From: a virus
Taxonomy: Duplodnaviria; Caudoviricetes
Direction: 5' to 3' (one strand)
DNA length: 62,609 nt
IMG/VR virus record: IMGVR_UViG_3300044691_000253
Coordinates: 1 to 62,609 of that record
Within the stretch, counting starts at the first letter, position 1; each line of letters begins with the position of its first letter. Of this stretch, positions 44,714 through 55,871 are shown piece after piece. The notes beneath the pieces are model-generated. The model was not told where the DNA came from, made no database searches, and worked only from the letters and a program-made list of their open reading frames with translations. The translations under genes and the position numbers were made by a program.

Positions 44714-45178
44714 ATGCCCGTCTTCGAGAATATCCTCCCCGCGAACGCCGACACGATCCTGTCGATATCGTCGTTCGGCAATTTGCTGTATCAGGCGCGC
44801 GGCATGACGCAAACCCTGTCCGTGATCGGGGAGGCTCATCAGCAAGAGCGCACGATCAACGGCACGCTCGTCGATCTCTCGGTCGCGCAGTTTCGCAAGT
44901 ACAGTTCGAAGATCAACTCGCCGAGCGATGTCAACGCGCCACCGCTCGACAACGTCTTCCCCGGCCAGACCGTGACCGTGCATTGCGCGGTCGGTCTTGC
45001 CTTCTTGACAGGGACCGTAGGCCTACCGCATAAGACCCCGGTCTCTGGGTCACAATACGTCGATGGCGCGTATACGTTCTATCGGCCCGAACTCACGATG
45101 ATGATCAAGACCGTCGAGACCCAATTCGACGAGTGGAAGAACGTCGTCGGGTGGTCGATGGAGCTTGAGGAAATCTGA
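44714..45178 (+). CDS. distal tail protein-like
   Basis: Follows the tape measure gene; RTING.LVDLS..QFRKY. Confidence 0.7.
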   Translation: MPVFENILPANADTILSISSFGNLLYQARGMTQTLSVIGEAHQQERTINGTLVDLSVAQFRKYSSKINSPSDVNAPPLDNVFPGQTVTVHCAVGLAFLTGTVGLPHKTPVSGSQYVDGAYTFYRPELTMMIKTVETQFDEWKNVVGWSMELEEI

Positions 45179-47733
45179 TGACCCTTCCCTTTACATTCGC
45201 GTGGGTCGATCAGACCGCCACAACGTTCAACCCGAGCACGATGGACCGGTCCGACGAGGATATCTTCGCGCTCAAAATCCAGCACGACGAGGGTCAAATT
45301 CCGACGCTTGACCTCGTCGTCCGCAATCCGCGCATCGGCCTGCTCGCGCCCGGGCGCAAAGTCTGGGGATGGCTTGGATGGAGGAACGGCAGCAATACGC
45401 TCGTGCCGCTGTTCTTCGGCGTGCTCGTCGGCGTGCCCACGAGCCTGTTCCAAGAGAAGGTCACCCTGAAATTTATCGCGCGCTCGCCCCGGTTCATCGC
45501 GAACAAGCAAGCGCTCGCTGAAACCATGAAGAGCGCGCCCTACTACGATCCCATCTGGACCGATACGGCGAAGCGCGACGATCCGGACACGATCCTCGAA
45601 GGGTGGTCCGCGCTGTGGCACATCGATCGCACGACGCTCGCCATCACCGCCAGCGACATCCTCAGAGGCGAAGACGGCACCGTCACGTTTGATGATAGCC
45701 ACGCACTCTATGACAGCGTTTCGCTGCAACTCGGGCAGCCGCCGCTCTCAAACATCCGCGTCGAGGCGACGGTCAACTGGACCCAGCGCTCGTCCGGCTT
45801 CTTCGACGTGCCGCAGGTCAACGTCTCCAGCTATACGGGCGACAGCCTGCTCTCGGGCTGGCCGAAACCCGGATCGGGCATTGGCGGCGGCTACACGTGC
45901 GAGACGAGCTTCACGACCGATGTGTTCTTCGTCGGTCAGACGCCGAACACGAACTACAACTACTCTTGGTCCAACACTGACCCGAACCCGGGTCAGTGTT
46001 CGAACGCCTCGGCGGCTTCGTCGTCGAGCGGCCCGGCACTGCTCGCGCCGAACCCGTTGACCAACGTGCTGACGAGCTACTTTCAGACCGGCGTCTGTTT
46101 CCCGGACAGCGACCCGCCCATGAACATTCCGATGACATCAACGTCGAGCGGCGTCCTTGTGCCGCTGTGGAATGTGTCGCTGGCCATGACGCTGCGATAT
46201 GACGCGAGCCGCGCGTTCTCCGAAGTGCTTTCGTTCGACATGCTTGCGAACACGCAAGGCATCCTAGCGTCGCCGACCGTATCGCAGAACACTGAATTGC
46301 TGACGATATCTGCGGTCGATGTCGGCCAGCCGCTTCTTCAAGTCCAAGCATGGACAGACTTCGCCGGGCGGCATGTTAGTCTCGCGCAGATCATCACGCC
46401 GAATAACCCGACGACGCCGGGCGGCCTGTCATTCCAGATCGCGGTTGTCGCGGGCACCGCGAGCACGGTCGAGCCGGTATTCAGCGACATCGTCGGCTTC
46501 ACGACGGCTGACAACGGCGTCGTGTGGGCGAGCATGGGCGAGAACCCGCTCACAGATGCCCCGCGCTGGTCGTCGGCCTCCTACGTGCCACTGGGTCAGA
46601 TCACGCTTATGCAGGACCGGGTCTTCAACGTCAACACCGGCAACTTCGAGCTTATCCCGGGCAGCACGAGCTACTATCTGTGCACGGGCGCTGGCATGAC
46701 GAATGATCGGTATGTGATCTTCGACTACACGCCCCCGCCGACGAGCAACACCGAACCGCCGAATGCCATCCGCCACATCAGCGATATCCAGCCGCCGACG
46801 TTCTCGCAAAACGTCGGGCAGACGGTTGGGGATGGCTCAGTGACGTGGACCGTGCTCGGACTTTCGCCCGCGTCGCTCGGCATCCCGATCGGTGGCACGC
46901 CAGACAACGTCACGGCCCGCTCATATTTCCCGAGCGTGCGCGGCATCGCAAGCGTTGAGTATCTGATCAGCAAGGCCCGCGCCCGGCTTCGCATGCGCTC
47001 GCGCGCGGTCAAGATCGGATGGGAGTGCCGCTTCGATGACGCGGTCGCGCTGTCTTGCCGCAAAAATGCGACGCTGTTTGATCCGCGTCTGCCCGGCGGC
47101 GCGGCGACGGGCAAGATCACGAGCTATATCTTGTCGGCCAGCGGCGACGGCGTCCTGCGCGGCAAGGTCGAGATCGGATGCGCCATCGGCTTTGGCAACA
47201 GCATAAATGAGATCACCGGCACACCGGAGTATGCTGCTGCGGGGTATATGCAAGACGGGTATCAGATTTTCGACGGCGCAATGGTCGCGCACGGGAGCGC
47301 CGACACGACGTTCTCGTTGCCGGTCTATGTCCCCTTCGATGATGGTTTGAACTTCCCGTTGCGCTGGCAGGATGTCAGCGACGGCGGCCTCGTCTCGGGC
47401 ACGCTCGCCGAGCAGAAGGCGGCCATCGAAAAATCCTTCGCTGTCGCAGTCCATTTGCAGTACCTCTCGACCTACGGCGGCACTGTCGGCTCGGCGAATG
47501 ACACGACGAAAGTGAGCGGCATCGCCCCGGACGTGGCGTGGAAACTGGAGCGCGAAGAGATCGCGCTGATCACGCAAAACACGCCCTTCGTCATGAACGC
47601 GAACCCGATCTCGTGGTCCTGTCTATTGAAGCCGTGTAACGGCAACGGACCGTTCGGCGGATCATACTCGATCCAAGTCTCGCCGCTCACCGTACCGCAG
47701 GGCATCAATCTCGAAGCTCCGTCGTCACCGTAA
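45178..47733 (+). CDS. tail tip/hub protein with CBM-like inserts
   Basis: 851 aa beta-rich; two P.F....G.T..D..V.W motifs. Confidence 0.75.
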   Translation: MTLPFTFAWVDQTATTFNPSTMDRSDEDIFALKIQHDEGQIPTLDLVVRNPRIGLLAPGRKVWGWLGWRNGSNTLVPLFFGVLVGVPTSLFQEKVTLKFIARSPRFIANKQALAETMKSAPYYDPIWTDTAKRDDPDTILEGWSALWHIDRTTLAITASDILRGEDGTVTFDDSHALYDSVSLQLGQPPLSNIRVEATVNWTQRSSGFFDVPQVNVSSYTGDSLLSGWPKPGSGIGGGYTCETSFTTDVFFVGQTPNTNYNYSWSNTDPNPGQCSNASAASSSSGPALLAPNPLTNVLTSYFQTGVCFPDSDPPMNIPMTSTSSGVLVPLWNVSLAMTLRYDASRAFSEVLSFDMLANTQGILASPTVSQNTELLTISAVDVGQPLLQVQAWTDFAGRHVSLAQIITPNNPTTPGGLSFQIAVVAGTASTVEPVFSDIVGFTTADNGVVWASMGENPLTDAPRWSSASYVPLGQITLMQDRVFNVNTGNFELIPGSTSYYLCTGAGMTNDRYVIFDYTPPPTSNTEPPNAIRHISDIQPPTFSQNVGQTVGDGSVTWTVLGLSPASLGIPIGGTPDNVTARSYFPSVRGIASVEYLISKARARLRMRSRAVKIGWECRFDDAVALSCRKNATLFDPRLPGGAATGKITSYILSASGDGVLRGKVEIGCAIGFGNSINEITGTPEYAAAGYMQDGYQIFDGAMVAHGSADTTFSLPVYVPFDDGLNFPLRWQDVSDGGLVSGTLAEQKAAIEKSFAVAVHLQYLSTYGGTVGSANDTTKVSGIAPDVAWKLEREEIALITQNTPFVMNANPISWSCLLKPCNGNGPFGGSYSIQVSPLTVPQGINLEAPSSP

Positions 47734-47765
47734 TTCATCTGAGACCAAGATAAGGAATTTGAGAC

Positions 47766-48002
47766 ATGGCCGGTCTTGAACAAGTCATCCGCCCGTTCGT
47801 CGGACAGACGAGCGCGCCCACACCTTTCCACCCGGCAGGCGCTACCAGTGCGCCGATGGTCCGCCTCGCTGTGGGCCTCGTCGGCGGCAACAAGACGTTC
47901 GGCTGGAGCCACTCGACCACGCTGTCATCCTACATGGCCGCGGTGCATACCGAGAAGGCTTCGAACGCATTCGACATGACGACCGGAAAGCTGGCACAGT
48001 AA
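47766..48002 (+). CDS. small tail protein
   Basis: LEQVIRPF motif; position in tail module. Confidence 0.65.
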   Translation: MAGLEQVIRPFVGQTSAPTPFHPAGATSAPMVRLAVGLVGGNKTFGWSHSTTLSSYMAAVHTEKASNAFDMTTGKLAQ

Positions 48003-48003
48003 C

Positions 48004-49617
48004 ATGGCATCAGGCCCGACGCGCAGGACCCACATTGTTCGCATCTCGCCGGACGACCCACCGGTCAAGCCGGGTGACCCGCCGAGCGACAACTACATCG
48101 ACATCGAAGTTCTCGACGCGATTGCGTTTCGCACCGACCGGGGCGAAGAGATGATTTTGAATATGGCAGCGGACACCATAGTTCCGTACATCGTCGATGA
48201 CACGGGCGGCGGTCATGGGAAAACGCCGGGTTCGGACACGACGCGACGCTCCCACATGAAGCGTATTGTCTCCGACGATCAGAAGCTCGACATCGAAGTT
48301 CTTGACGTAGTTGCGTTTCGGGACCAACGCGGCGAAGAGTGGATTTTGGACATGCATGATACCAACGGCGAGCCGAGCGTGTTCAACACCACCGATGGGA
48401 CTGGCGACAACAAGTCAACTCGGCGCACACACACTGAGAAAATCGGTGTCCCCTATGGCACGAAGGACCCGTCTCAGTACATCAAGAGCGAGCGCTGCGA
48501 CGCGATGGCATTCCGCACGATCACCGGCAAAGAGGTCATCATCAAGTGTCCGTCGAATGACGACCCCAACTCAACCGACCCGCGCGCGGATACGCACGTC
48601 TGGTCTCCGGAGGGATACGACCCCAGCAACGAGGATGGGCCGAAGCCACCGAAGAACTCCGACCCGCACAACTACGTCTCTTTTCTCAAGGACGACAAGG
48701 GCGACCCTGTCGGCTTCGCGACCGGCGATGAAAAAATATCCATGGGTCCGCTTTGGTGGGTCAGAAAGATCAGCACGAGTGGCGGCCTCCTAGTGGTCGA
48801 TTGGACAATCACGAGTAATAGTTCGGTACCCCCAATTGGCCAAATCGTTGCAACGCTTTCAGGCCTCGGCGACCTTGGGGCAGTTGGTTTGCTATCTGCC
48901 GGGATTGATGATCCGGCTGGCGGCCCGGGTATCTCACAGCACGTCACAAAAGAGATGCTCGCGTTTTACAATTGCTGGACTAATGAGATATTCGGTCCGA
49001 TTATCCTTCCCCCCTCCGGCCCACCTGTCGTCAGTCCGGGATCATGGCTTGTCTGGGTAAACGGTTTCCCGTATCCGCCGGACCCGAGCAGCACGCAATC
49101 AGGTCTAGTGGCGGCCTTTGACAATGAGGCGGACGCTAACGCGTTGGCCGCGTTTAGGAACGCAGACTTTTTCGGTCGGGTCATTGGATATGTGCATACG
49201 GTCGATCCGATCACGGGCGTCCCGCATGATGAGCCGATCCTCAGCGGTGGCTCGCTGCCCTCGCACGTCATTGCTCTCGGCGGGGTAGCCGCTCCCGATG
49301 TTCGCCGTTACCAGTATAACGGCTCGCAAATTTTCAACTTGACGAAGTTGCGGGCCACTGACCCGAAGGCGAAAAAACTAGTGGTGAGGATCACGATCGC
49401 GGCGACGAGCACGGTCAGCTACGGCTTTGATGTTCGCACCTACAAAACAAAGCATACCGACTTCACGACAGACGCGCAGGGCATCCCCAAGTGGGATACG
49501 AACGATGAGGTCGCTAATTTTGGCATCGGGAACCTATCTGATAAAGGAACACCTATCCTATCGCAGACCCTCGATCTCGAAATTGACTTGGCGAAGCTGA
49601 CGATCACGCAAATCTAA
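48004..49617 (+). CDS. tail protein with three N-terminal repeats and a divergent C-terminus
   Basis: TRR.H..RI...DIEVLD..AFR...GEE.IL x3. Confidence 0.7.
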   Translation: MASGPTRRTHIVRISPDDPPVKPGDPPSDNYIDIEVLDAIAFRTDRGEEMILNMAADTIVPYIVDDTGGGHGKTPGSDTTRRSHMKRIVSDDQKLDIEVLDVVAFRDQRGEEWILDMHDTNGEPSVFNTTDGTGDNKSTRRTHTEKIGVPYGTKDPSQYIKSERCDAMAFRTITGKEVIIKCPSNDDPNSTDPRADTHVWSPEGYDPSNEDGPKPPKNSDPHNYVSFLKDDKGDPVGFATGDEKISMGPLWWVRKISTSGGLLVVDWTITSNSSVPPIGQIVATLSGLGDLGAVGLLSAGIDDPAGGPGISQHVTKEMLAFYNCWTNEIFGPIILPPSGPPVVSPGSWLVWVNGFPYPPDPSSTQSGLVAAFDNEADANALAAFRNADFFGRVIGYVHTVDPITGVPHDEPILSGGSLPSHVIALGGVAAPDVRRYQYNGSQIFNLTKLRATDPKAKKLVVRITIAATSTVSYGFDVRTYKTKHTDFTTDAQGIPKWDTNDEVANFGIGNLSDKGTPILSQTLDLEIDLAKLTITQI

Positions 49618-49674
49618 AGCGGCTTGACTACGCCGACAATTTATGGTTAACACCCCACTCCCCGGAGAAATCTC

Positions 49675-50526
49675 ATGGTCGCATCCCTCGTATATCGCAC
49701 CGCTGACGGCACACGCTGGGGCGGCGGCCAAGGCTCCAATCTCTCTGCCGTGACAATCGATCTTAATTTCTGGACATTGTTCACAGCGGTCGAAGCACTC
49801 GGAGCCGCGCAGGCGAATGGCGCGGGCATCGACTTCATCAGTCAGCCCACCAATGGCAATATTATTTTCGTCCATCTGACGGACCATCGCGTGCTCGGGC
49901 CGTTCACGCTGCCGACTGCGCAGTGGAACCCGCGTGGCGATTGGACGCCGGTCACGCTTTTCGCGCCATTCGATACCGTCTCCAATAATGGCCAGCTTTA
50001 TCTCGTCACCACACCGCACACGAGCGCCGCAACGTTCTCGCCGTTCGCGACGGACGGTCTAGGCCACGCGCTCTATGTGTTGATCCTTTCGGCCCCGGCC
50101 AGTGCGGTGCCAGTCGGCGGGACCATTGGTCAGCGGATCAGCAAGTCGGCCAGCCCTGACTTCTCACTCGCATGGGTCAGCGACCGCGTTCGCATGTACA
50201 CCTTCGTTGCGGGTCATCCTCTCCCGGGCGAGTTGCTGATGCAGTTTCCCGTGGACAGTTTCATCCTGCTGCCGATCGGGCTGGCAGGCTCGGTATTTTA
50301 CGCGCACACGGGGACCGCGTTGTCGTGCTCCTACACGCTCACCAAGAATGGCTCACCTATCGGCAGCATCGATTTCCATGGGCCATCGCCGGAGACGATC
50401 ACCGCGACATTCCCCGCGAACATCCATTGCATTCCGGGCGACATCATCAGCCTCATCGCGCCCGCCGTCCCGGACGCGGTGCAGGCCGACATCTCATTCA
50501 ACATCGTATCGTTGCTGGAAAGCTGA
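49675..50526 (+). CDS. tail-associated protein with CBM-like module
   Basis: NL....IDLNF; RGDW....F...DTV..NG.LYLV...HTS. Confidence 0.7.
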   Translation: MVASLVYRTADGTRWGGGQGSNLSAVTIDLNFWTLFTAVEALGAAQANGAGIDFISQPTNGNIIFVHLTDHRVLGPFTLPTAQWNPRGDWTPVTLFAPFDTVSNNGQLYLVTTPHTSAATFSPFATDGLGHALYVLILSAPASAVPVGGTIGQRISKSASPDFSLAWVSDRVRMYTFVAGHPLPGELLMQFPVDSFILLPIGLAGSVFYAHTGTALSCSYTLTKNGSPIGSIDFHGPSPETITATFPANIHCIPGDIISLIAPAVPDAVQADISFNIVSLLES

Positions 50527-50529
50527 TCA

Positions 50530-51720
50530 ATGCCAACGATCTTAGCAACAGAAGGCAAGGCCCGGGCGGCTTGGACCGGAGGCTCCAGCCATACGGGCAC
50601 AACGGACTTCGGAGGCGCGACCCTTACGCGGGCCAATGCCTTCATCACCATGGTCGTTTCGAACGTGGCTCCGACGACTACAGCCGTCAGCGTCACGTCC
50701 ATCACCGACACGGAAGGAAACACGTGGCGTAGACTTACGAGCATCAACCGAAACTCATGGCAAACCAGCGCTCTGGCCGGGGGCCAAGTCGCGGCCGGGC
50801 TAGAAGTTTGGTGGACCATTGCAGCGTCATCCGGTCCGTCTCTGACTTTCACGATCACTTTCGATGGCACCATTGACGCGGGCGTGTGGGTAACCTCGGC
50901 GAAATTGCTGGGGGTGAATGCGGCGCAACCGTTCGACCAACACACGAACGCGACCGTGCTCGTATACCAGAACTCGTCTACCGCAACCGCCCCGACGTTC
51001 ACTGGCCCATCTGGTATCTCGACAAGCAGCGCCAACGTCTTCCCGATGGTCGCCATAACGGGCGTCGGCTTTGGGCAGCAGCAGTCAAGCTGGACGTTCG
51101 ATGGTGTTAGCGCGGGCGTCGCTGAGAGCTTTGCTGTAGGAACGAATGCGTGCGTAGGCGATCTTTGCGATCTCATCTCGTTCTCGTCTAGTCACCCGAC
51201 CGTGCCGTACTCCAGTGCGACGTTTGTTGGCGCTGCCACGCTCAAAAACTGTTTGCTGATCGCGTTCAACGTCACGCCCGACGCATCCACGCCGAGCGGA
51301 ACGTGGGCATCGACCGAGACCAAGGACACCTTCGCGGCGACCGGATACCCCGGCGGCTTCGGCATCACCGGCGATCTGACCTCGACCGAGGCCCGGGACA
51401 TCTTCGCGGCTGTCGGCTACCCGAACAACGTAGGCGTATGGACCACGCTTGAAGCACCGGACCGGTTCTCGGCGTTTGGTTTCCAGCCGCAGACCGCAGT
51501 CTGGCATTCGACTGAGGCCGCCGATGTCTTCCATGGCACCGGCATTGGCTTAGGTGAAAACGGCGTGTGGGCTTCGACCGAGGCCACCGACATCTTCGCA
51601 GCTACCGGCTTTACCCCGGTCTCCGGCACATTCATCGTGACTGAGGCCGCAGATCGCTTCCAAGCATTTGGCGCTGGCGTTATTCGGGTTCGCCGCCGTC
51701 GCACATCCTTTGTAACCTGA
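50530..51720 (+). CDS. Ser/Thr-rich fibre-like protein with six C-terminal repeats
   Basis: Repeats of G.W.STEA.D.F.A.G. Confidence 0.7.
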   Translation: MPTILATEGKARAAWTGGSSHTGTTDFGGATLTRANAFITMVVSNVAPTTTAVSVTSITDTEGNTWRRLTSINRNSWQTSALAGGQVAAGLEVWWTIAASSGPSLTFTITFDGTIDAGVWVTSAKLLGVNAAQPFDQHTNATVLVYQNSSTATAPTFTGPSGISTSSANVFPMVAITGVGFGQQQSSWTFDGVSAGVAESFAVGTNACVGDLCDLISFSSSHPTVPYSSATFVGAATLKNCLLIAFNVTPDASTPSGTWASTETKDTFAATGYPGGFGITGDLTSTEARDIFAAVGYPNNVGVWTTLEAPDRFSAFGFQPQTAVWHSTEAADVFHGTGIGLGENGVWASTEATDIFAATGFTPVSGTFIVTEAADRFQAFGAGVIRVRRRRTSFVT

Positions 51721-51738
51721 CCAAACGGAGGGCTGAGA

Positions 51739-52116
51739 ATGGCCGTCACCTATAACACCACCTTGAAGAATACGCGCATGACCGCTGTGGTCACTGCGCT
51801 CGGCACGACCGCGTTCCTCAACATCTATACGGCGGGCCTTGGCACGCTGCTCGCCACGGTCCCGTTGCCTAACCCGGCCGGTACCGTCACGGGCGGAGTG
51901 CTCACGTTCTCCGGCATGCCGCTGACGGAAGCGTCGGCGAACGCATCGGGCGTCGCGGCGGCGGCGACGGTCTCGACCTTGACCGGCGGCACCGGCACCG
52001 TAGTCATCTCGGGCCTGACCGTGGCGTCCACCGTGGGCGATATCGTGCTGTCCTCGACGAACATCGTCGCGGGTCAGCCGTTCACGATCACCTCGGCGTC
52101 AATCACGCATGGCTAA
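51739..52116 (+). CDS. small beta-rich Thr-rich virion protein
   Basis: Y.TTLKN.R, L.IYT, ASGVAA.A, GDIVLSSTNI.AGQ. Confidence 0.7.
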   Translation: MAVTYNTTLKNTRMTAVVTALGTTAFLNIYTAGLGTLLATVPLPNPAGTVTGGVLTFSGMPLTEASANASGVAAAATVSTLTGGTGTVVISGLTVASTVGDIVLSSTNIVAGQPFTITSASITHG

Positions 52117-53059
52117 GCCCGCGCTGCACGTGCAGGGGATGCATGGAATGGGGGACTGCTTGCATCAGCGAGCGGTCCTTCGTCAGTTGATGCAGACACG
52201 CACCGTGACGCTGGAGACCTCGTGGCCTTCGATGTATCACGACCTCATCGCCGAGGGCCTGTCGGTATGCCGACGCCCGGTCGCGCTGCGGACCCAATCG
52301 AAAAACGCGGCGCGTGAGAGCGACAAGTTCTCGCCGCGTCATCCATTCTTGCGCGCGGGCATGCGAGTGTCGTACACCGGCCAGCAAGTGCTCACGATGC
52401 CGAGCAAGACCATCCTAGAAGTGATGTGCAACGTCACCGGCACCGACTACGCGACCGCCGACTACCGGCTCCCTGTCCCGCCAGAATGGTTTGACGTGCT
52501 CACGAAGATCATGAGTTTCGAGCAGTACGTCGCGCTGATCGGCGCACATAAGCCCTTGCTCGTCTATCGGCCGCTCGTCGCCCGCAACGAGTGGCGCGGC
52601 TCCATGGCGCGCAATGCGGACCCGGGCTCTTACGCCGAGGTCTTCAACTCTGTCCGGGACAAGTTCTTCGTCATCTCGGTCGCCGATCTCGCCGAAGGAC
52701 AGGAATGGATCGTCGGCCCGGAAGCTAAAGCGGACCTGACTTTTCACAAGGGCGAGCTTGTATTCGAAGCCCTAGCTGCTCTTTTCGGCATCGCCGATCT
52801 CGTGCTCACCTCCAGCGGCTTCGCGGCTGTGCTCGGCCCGGCGGTCGGTACGCCCACGATCTCGATCGTCGGCGGCTACGAGGACCCACGTTGTCACGAC
52901 AGCGGCGCACGTTTCTCCCCGTACCTTGTCCTCGGACCGAGGACACCGTGCTCGTGCTGGACCTCGGCATGCATGAAAGTCTGCGACAAGAAGATCGAGA
53001 TGCCCGCGGCGCTCGCGGCTGTCGATGCGTTCGTGTCCGAAAACTGTACTCAAACTTAG
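52109..53059 (+). CDS. glycosyltransferase, GT-B/GT9-like
   Basis: GMGD.L....LRQL; ALAAL...ADLV...SG...L..AVGTPTI.I.GG. Confidence 0.75.
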   Translation: MAKPALHVQGMHGMGDCLHQRAVLRQLMQTRTVTLETSWPSMYHDLIAEGLSVCRRPVALRTQSKNAARESDKFSPRHPFLRAGMRVSYTGQQVLTMPSKTILEVMCNVTGTDYATADYRLPVPPEWFDVLTKIMSFEQYVALIGAHKPLLVYRPLVARNEWRGSMARNADPGSYAEVFNSVRDKFFVISVADLAEGQEWIVGPEAKADLTFHKGELVFEALAALFGIADLVLTSSGFAAVLGPAVGTPTISIVGGYEDPRCHDSGARFSPYLVLGPRTPCSCWTSACMKVCDKKIEMPAALAAVDAFVSENCTQT

Positions 53060-53067
53060 GATACCCC

Positions 53068-53709
53068 ATGGTCGGATACGTGATGCGCCCCCCAGTCGCG
53101 CCGCTCAACATCGTCGCCCCTACAACGCAAGACATCGCCATCGTAATGTGCGGCGGCGGCGACCCGTTCGCCGAATGGGAACTCGCGCGAGAAATGTGCG
53201 AGCGCGCGGGCAAGGTCACTAGTATCTTTGCCGGAAATGACATGATAGAACATTTTCCGGGAGACATCGATCACGCGATCTCACTTCATCCGGACAAGTT
53301 CAGGCTATGGCTTCCTCGCCGCAAGTCATCAGGCTTCAATGATCCTCCGAAAATTTGGGCACATCGAAACTACGAAGGGGCCGTCACACATTGGACGCGG
53401 GACTGGTCCGGCTCGACCGGACTTTTCTGTGTCAAGATCGCGCGAGAGCACGGTTTCGTTCACATCGTCACGTGTGGCGTGCACATGACGGTAGAAGCGG
53501 ATCACTTCGTCCGCAAGCAGCCGTGGAACTCGGCGCTCGGGTTTAGGCGCGGATGGATGGCCCGGACGCCGGAGCTTCGACCTTACCTTCGAAGCATGGG
53601 CGGATGGACACAACAAGAGTTCGGAGCACCGACCGAAGAATGGCTCCGCACTGATATCGAGGACCAACACCGGGACAACCGGCACTTCAATGGGGGACTG
53701 AAAGCATGA
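53068..53709 (+). CDS. putative glycosyltransferase (DUF115/Maf or GT29-like Rossmannoid fold)
   Basis: AIVMCGGG, AGND, SGSTGLF..K.A...G...I..CGV.M; ends GLKA. Confidence 0.6.
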   Translation: MVGYVMRPPVAPLNIVAPTTQDIAIVMCGGGDPFAEWELAREMCERAGKVTSIFAGNDMIEHFPGDIDHAISLHPDKFRLWLPRRKSSGFNDPPKIWAHRNYEGAVTHWTRDWSGSTGLFCVKIAREHGFVHIVTCGVHMTVEADHFVRKQPWNSALGFRRGWMARTPELRPYLRSMGGWTQQEFGAPTEEWLRTDIEDQHRDNRHFNGGLKA

Positions 53710-54017
53710 ACTACAAAGACGTTGACCCGAAGGTGAAGCGGCTCTTTCCGTGGGCACTCTTCCTCGTGCTCGCTGCGCTGTTCGCGTTCGCGGCGACGCG
53801 CGTGCATGCCGAAGAGGATGTTTGGGCCTGCTATGGCTCGGCGCGGTACGAAGCCATGTCTTCGGCGTGGACCCCATGCAACGAGATGAGCAGAATTTGC
53901 ATCAAGGTCCGCGAGTACATTTCGCAGGGCCACACCATCGAAGAGGGCCGCGTGCTCGCGCAGTCCAAACACATCCCTCAGTGGATCATCAAGAAAGCTG
54001 AGAGGTGCCTGCCATGA
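53706..54017 (+). CDS. secreted or membrane-anchored Cys-containing protein
   Basis: Hydrophobic helix plus VHA cleavage-like site. Confidence 0.55.
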   Translation: MNYKDVDPKVKRLFPWALFLVLAALFAFAATRVHAEEDVWACYGSARYEAMSSAWTPCNEMSRICIKVREYISQGHTIEEGRVLAQSKHIPQWIIKKAERCLP

Positions 54018-55021
54018 AGAGAGCATTGATCACGGGCGTCACCGGGCAGGATGGCAGCTACCTCGCCGAGCTTTTGCTCGACAAGGGCTACGAGGTCCAC
54101 GGAATTAAGAGGCGGGCCAGCAGTTTCAACACTTCGCGCATAGATCACCTCAAACTGTTGAAACTGCATTATGGCGACATGACGGACGGCTCCAGCCTGA
54201 CGCGCATCCTCGCCGAGGTCGTCCCGGACGAGGTCTATAATCTCGCCGCCCAGTCTCACGTGCAAGTCAGCTTCGAGACGCCGGAGTACACCGCCAACGC
54301 GGACGGGCTCGGCGCGATGCGACTGCTGGAGGGCATCCGCAACCTCGATCTCGACACACGGCTCTATCAGGCGTCCACCTCCGAACTCTTCGGCAACTCC
54401 GGCGGCGTCTACCGCAATGAGCACACCCCGTTCATGCCGCGCTCGCCCTACGCCTGCGCGAAGCTCTATGCGTATTGGCTGACCGTCAATTATCGCGAGG
54501 CCTACGGCATGCACGCGAGCAATGGCATCCTCTTCAATCACGAGAGCCCGCGCCGCGGCCCGACGTTCGTCACGCGCAAGATCACCAAGGCGGTCGCCGC
54601 GATCTCGACCGGCGCGCAGGACTGCCTTTACCTCGGCAATCTCGACGCGATGCGCGACTGGGGCCACGCCCGGGACTACGTCCAAGCGATGTGGCTGGCG
54701 CTCCAGCAAGACAAGCCGGATGACTATGTCGTCGCGACCGGCGAGGCGCACTCTGTCCGTGAGTTCGTTGATCTCGCCTTCGCCGAGGCGGGCATCGATA
54801 TTTTCTGGGAAGGCGAGGGCGTCAACGAGCGCGGCTTCATCAAGGGGTCCCGGATCGCTGTCGTCAAGATCGATCCCAAGTATTTTCGCCCAACCGAGGT
54901 AAACCTCTTGCGCGGTGACGCGACAAAGGCTATGGAAAAACTCGGCTGGCATCCGCGTATCGGCTTCCGCGCGCTCGTCAAGGAAATGGTTGCGGCAGAC
55001 CTCAAAGGATCAGGCGCATGA
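54014..55021 (+). CDS. gmd: GDP-mannose 4,6-dehydratase
   Basis: [60 protein letters not shown]. Confidence 0.97.
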   Translation: MKRALITGVTGQDGSYLAELLLDKGYEVHGIKRRASSFNTSRIDHLKLLKLHYGDMTDGSSLTRILAEVVPDEVYNLAAQSHVQVSFETPEYTANADGLGAMRLLEGIRNLDLDTRLYQASTSELFGNSGGVYRNEHTPFMPRSPYACAKLYAYWLTVNYREAYGMHASNGILFNHESPRRGPTFVTRKITKAVAAISTGAQDCLYLGNLDAMRDWGHARDYVQAMWLALQQDKPDDYVVATGEAHSVREFVDLAFAEAGIDIFWEGEGVNERGFIKGSRIAVVKIDPKYFRPTEVNLLRGDATKAMEKLGWHPRIGFRALVKEMVAADLKGSGA

Positions 55022-55860
55022 ACGAAGATACCCGGGTCATAATCTGTTGCTACGAAGGCGACATGCATCAACTAAACCTTGGCGCATACCTCCAGCACGG
55101 CTGCCCTGTTACTGTCCTCTCACCCGATGACAGCCGAGCAGTAATAGATCACCCGGGTATCGACTGTAAGTTCGGGGGCAAGCGCGCCTATACCGGACAG
55201 GACAGTCTTGATCGGCAGCACGAGCACTTGAAGCTCATGCTGACGTACCCGGAGAACTTCTTCCTGATCCACGACAGCGATAGTGTCTTGCTCGACGCAA
55301 AAATCCCCGACTACCTATACGCCGAGCCTGATGTGGTTTGGTCAAACCAAGTCGATGACGGCATCCCTGAGCATCAGGCGACCTTCCCGGAGGGATGGCC
55401 GCACATCGCTCTCCAGCCGCCGTATTTCCTCAGCCGGAAATCCATCGAAGCCATGGTCGTGGTTGGCGATGACCCGCGCGTCAAGGCAACGCCGGTCATG
55501 CCGTTCATCGACTACTATATGGTGCAGTTGACCGTAGTGGCCGGACTTCCGTACAAGCGGTTTGCTGACTGCCTGTCGTGTCCGATCACGTGCGACCCGA
55601 GGCAGAGAGACAATTGCAATGCGGGCCAGATCGAAACGTATAAGAGCGGCTACCAAATCGCGATGAACGCCGTCTTGCATGGTGGTGCGACGGTCCTCCA
55701 TTCAGTGAAAGACCCGAGCGCTGTTGAAGAGTTCCTACAGGCGCGTCGGCAATTTCTCGTGGGAAATCCCAACCCTGTTCCGCGTATGTCGCCGCCCCCG
55801 ACAGTCGGCGGACGCCGACGGGGCCGTGTGATCTATGGCGGCCCCGGCCTCAAAGCTTAA
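55018..55860 (+). CDS. putative GT-A glycosyltransferase
   Basis: [10 protein letters not shown] (DxD), PYFLSR, HSVK; ends GLKA. Confidence 0.6.
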   Translation: MNEDTRVIICCYEGDMHQLNLGAYLQHGCPVTVLSPDDSRAVIDHPGIDCKFGGKRAYTGQDSLDRQHEHLKLMLTYPENFFLIHDSDSVLLDAKIPDYLYAEPDVVWSNQVDDGIPEHQATFPEGWPHIALQPPYFLSRKSIEAMVVVGDDPRVKATPVMPFIDYYMVQLTVVAGLPYKRFADCLSCPITCDPRQRDNCNAGQIETYKSGYQIAMNAVLHGGATVLHSVKDPSAVEEFLQARRQFLVGNPNPVPRMSPPPTVGGRRRGRVIYGGPGLKA

Positions 55861-55871
55861 AAGGACTGCCC

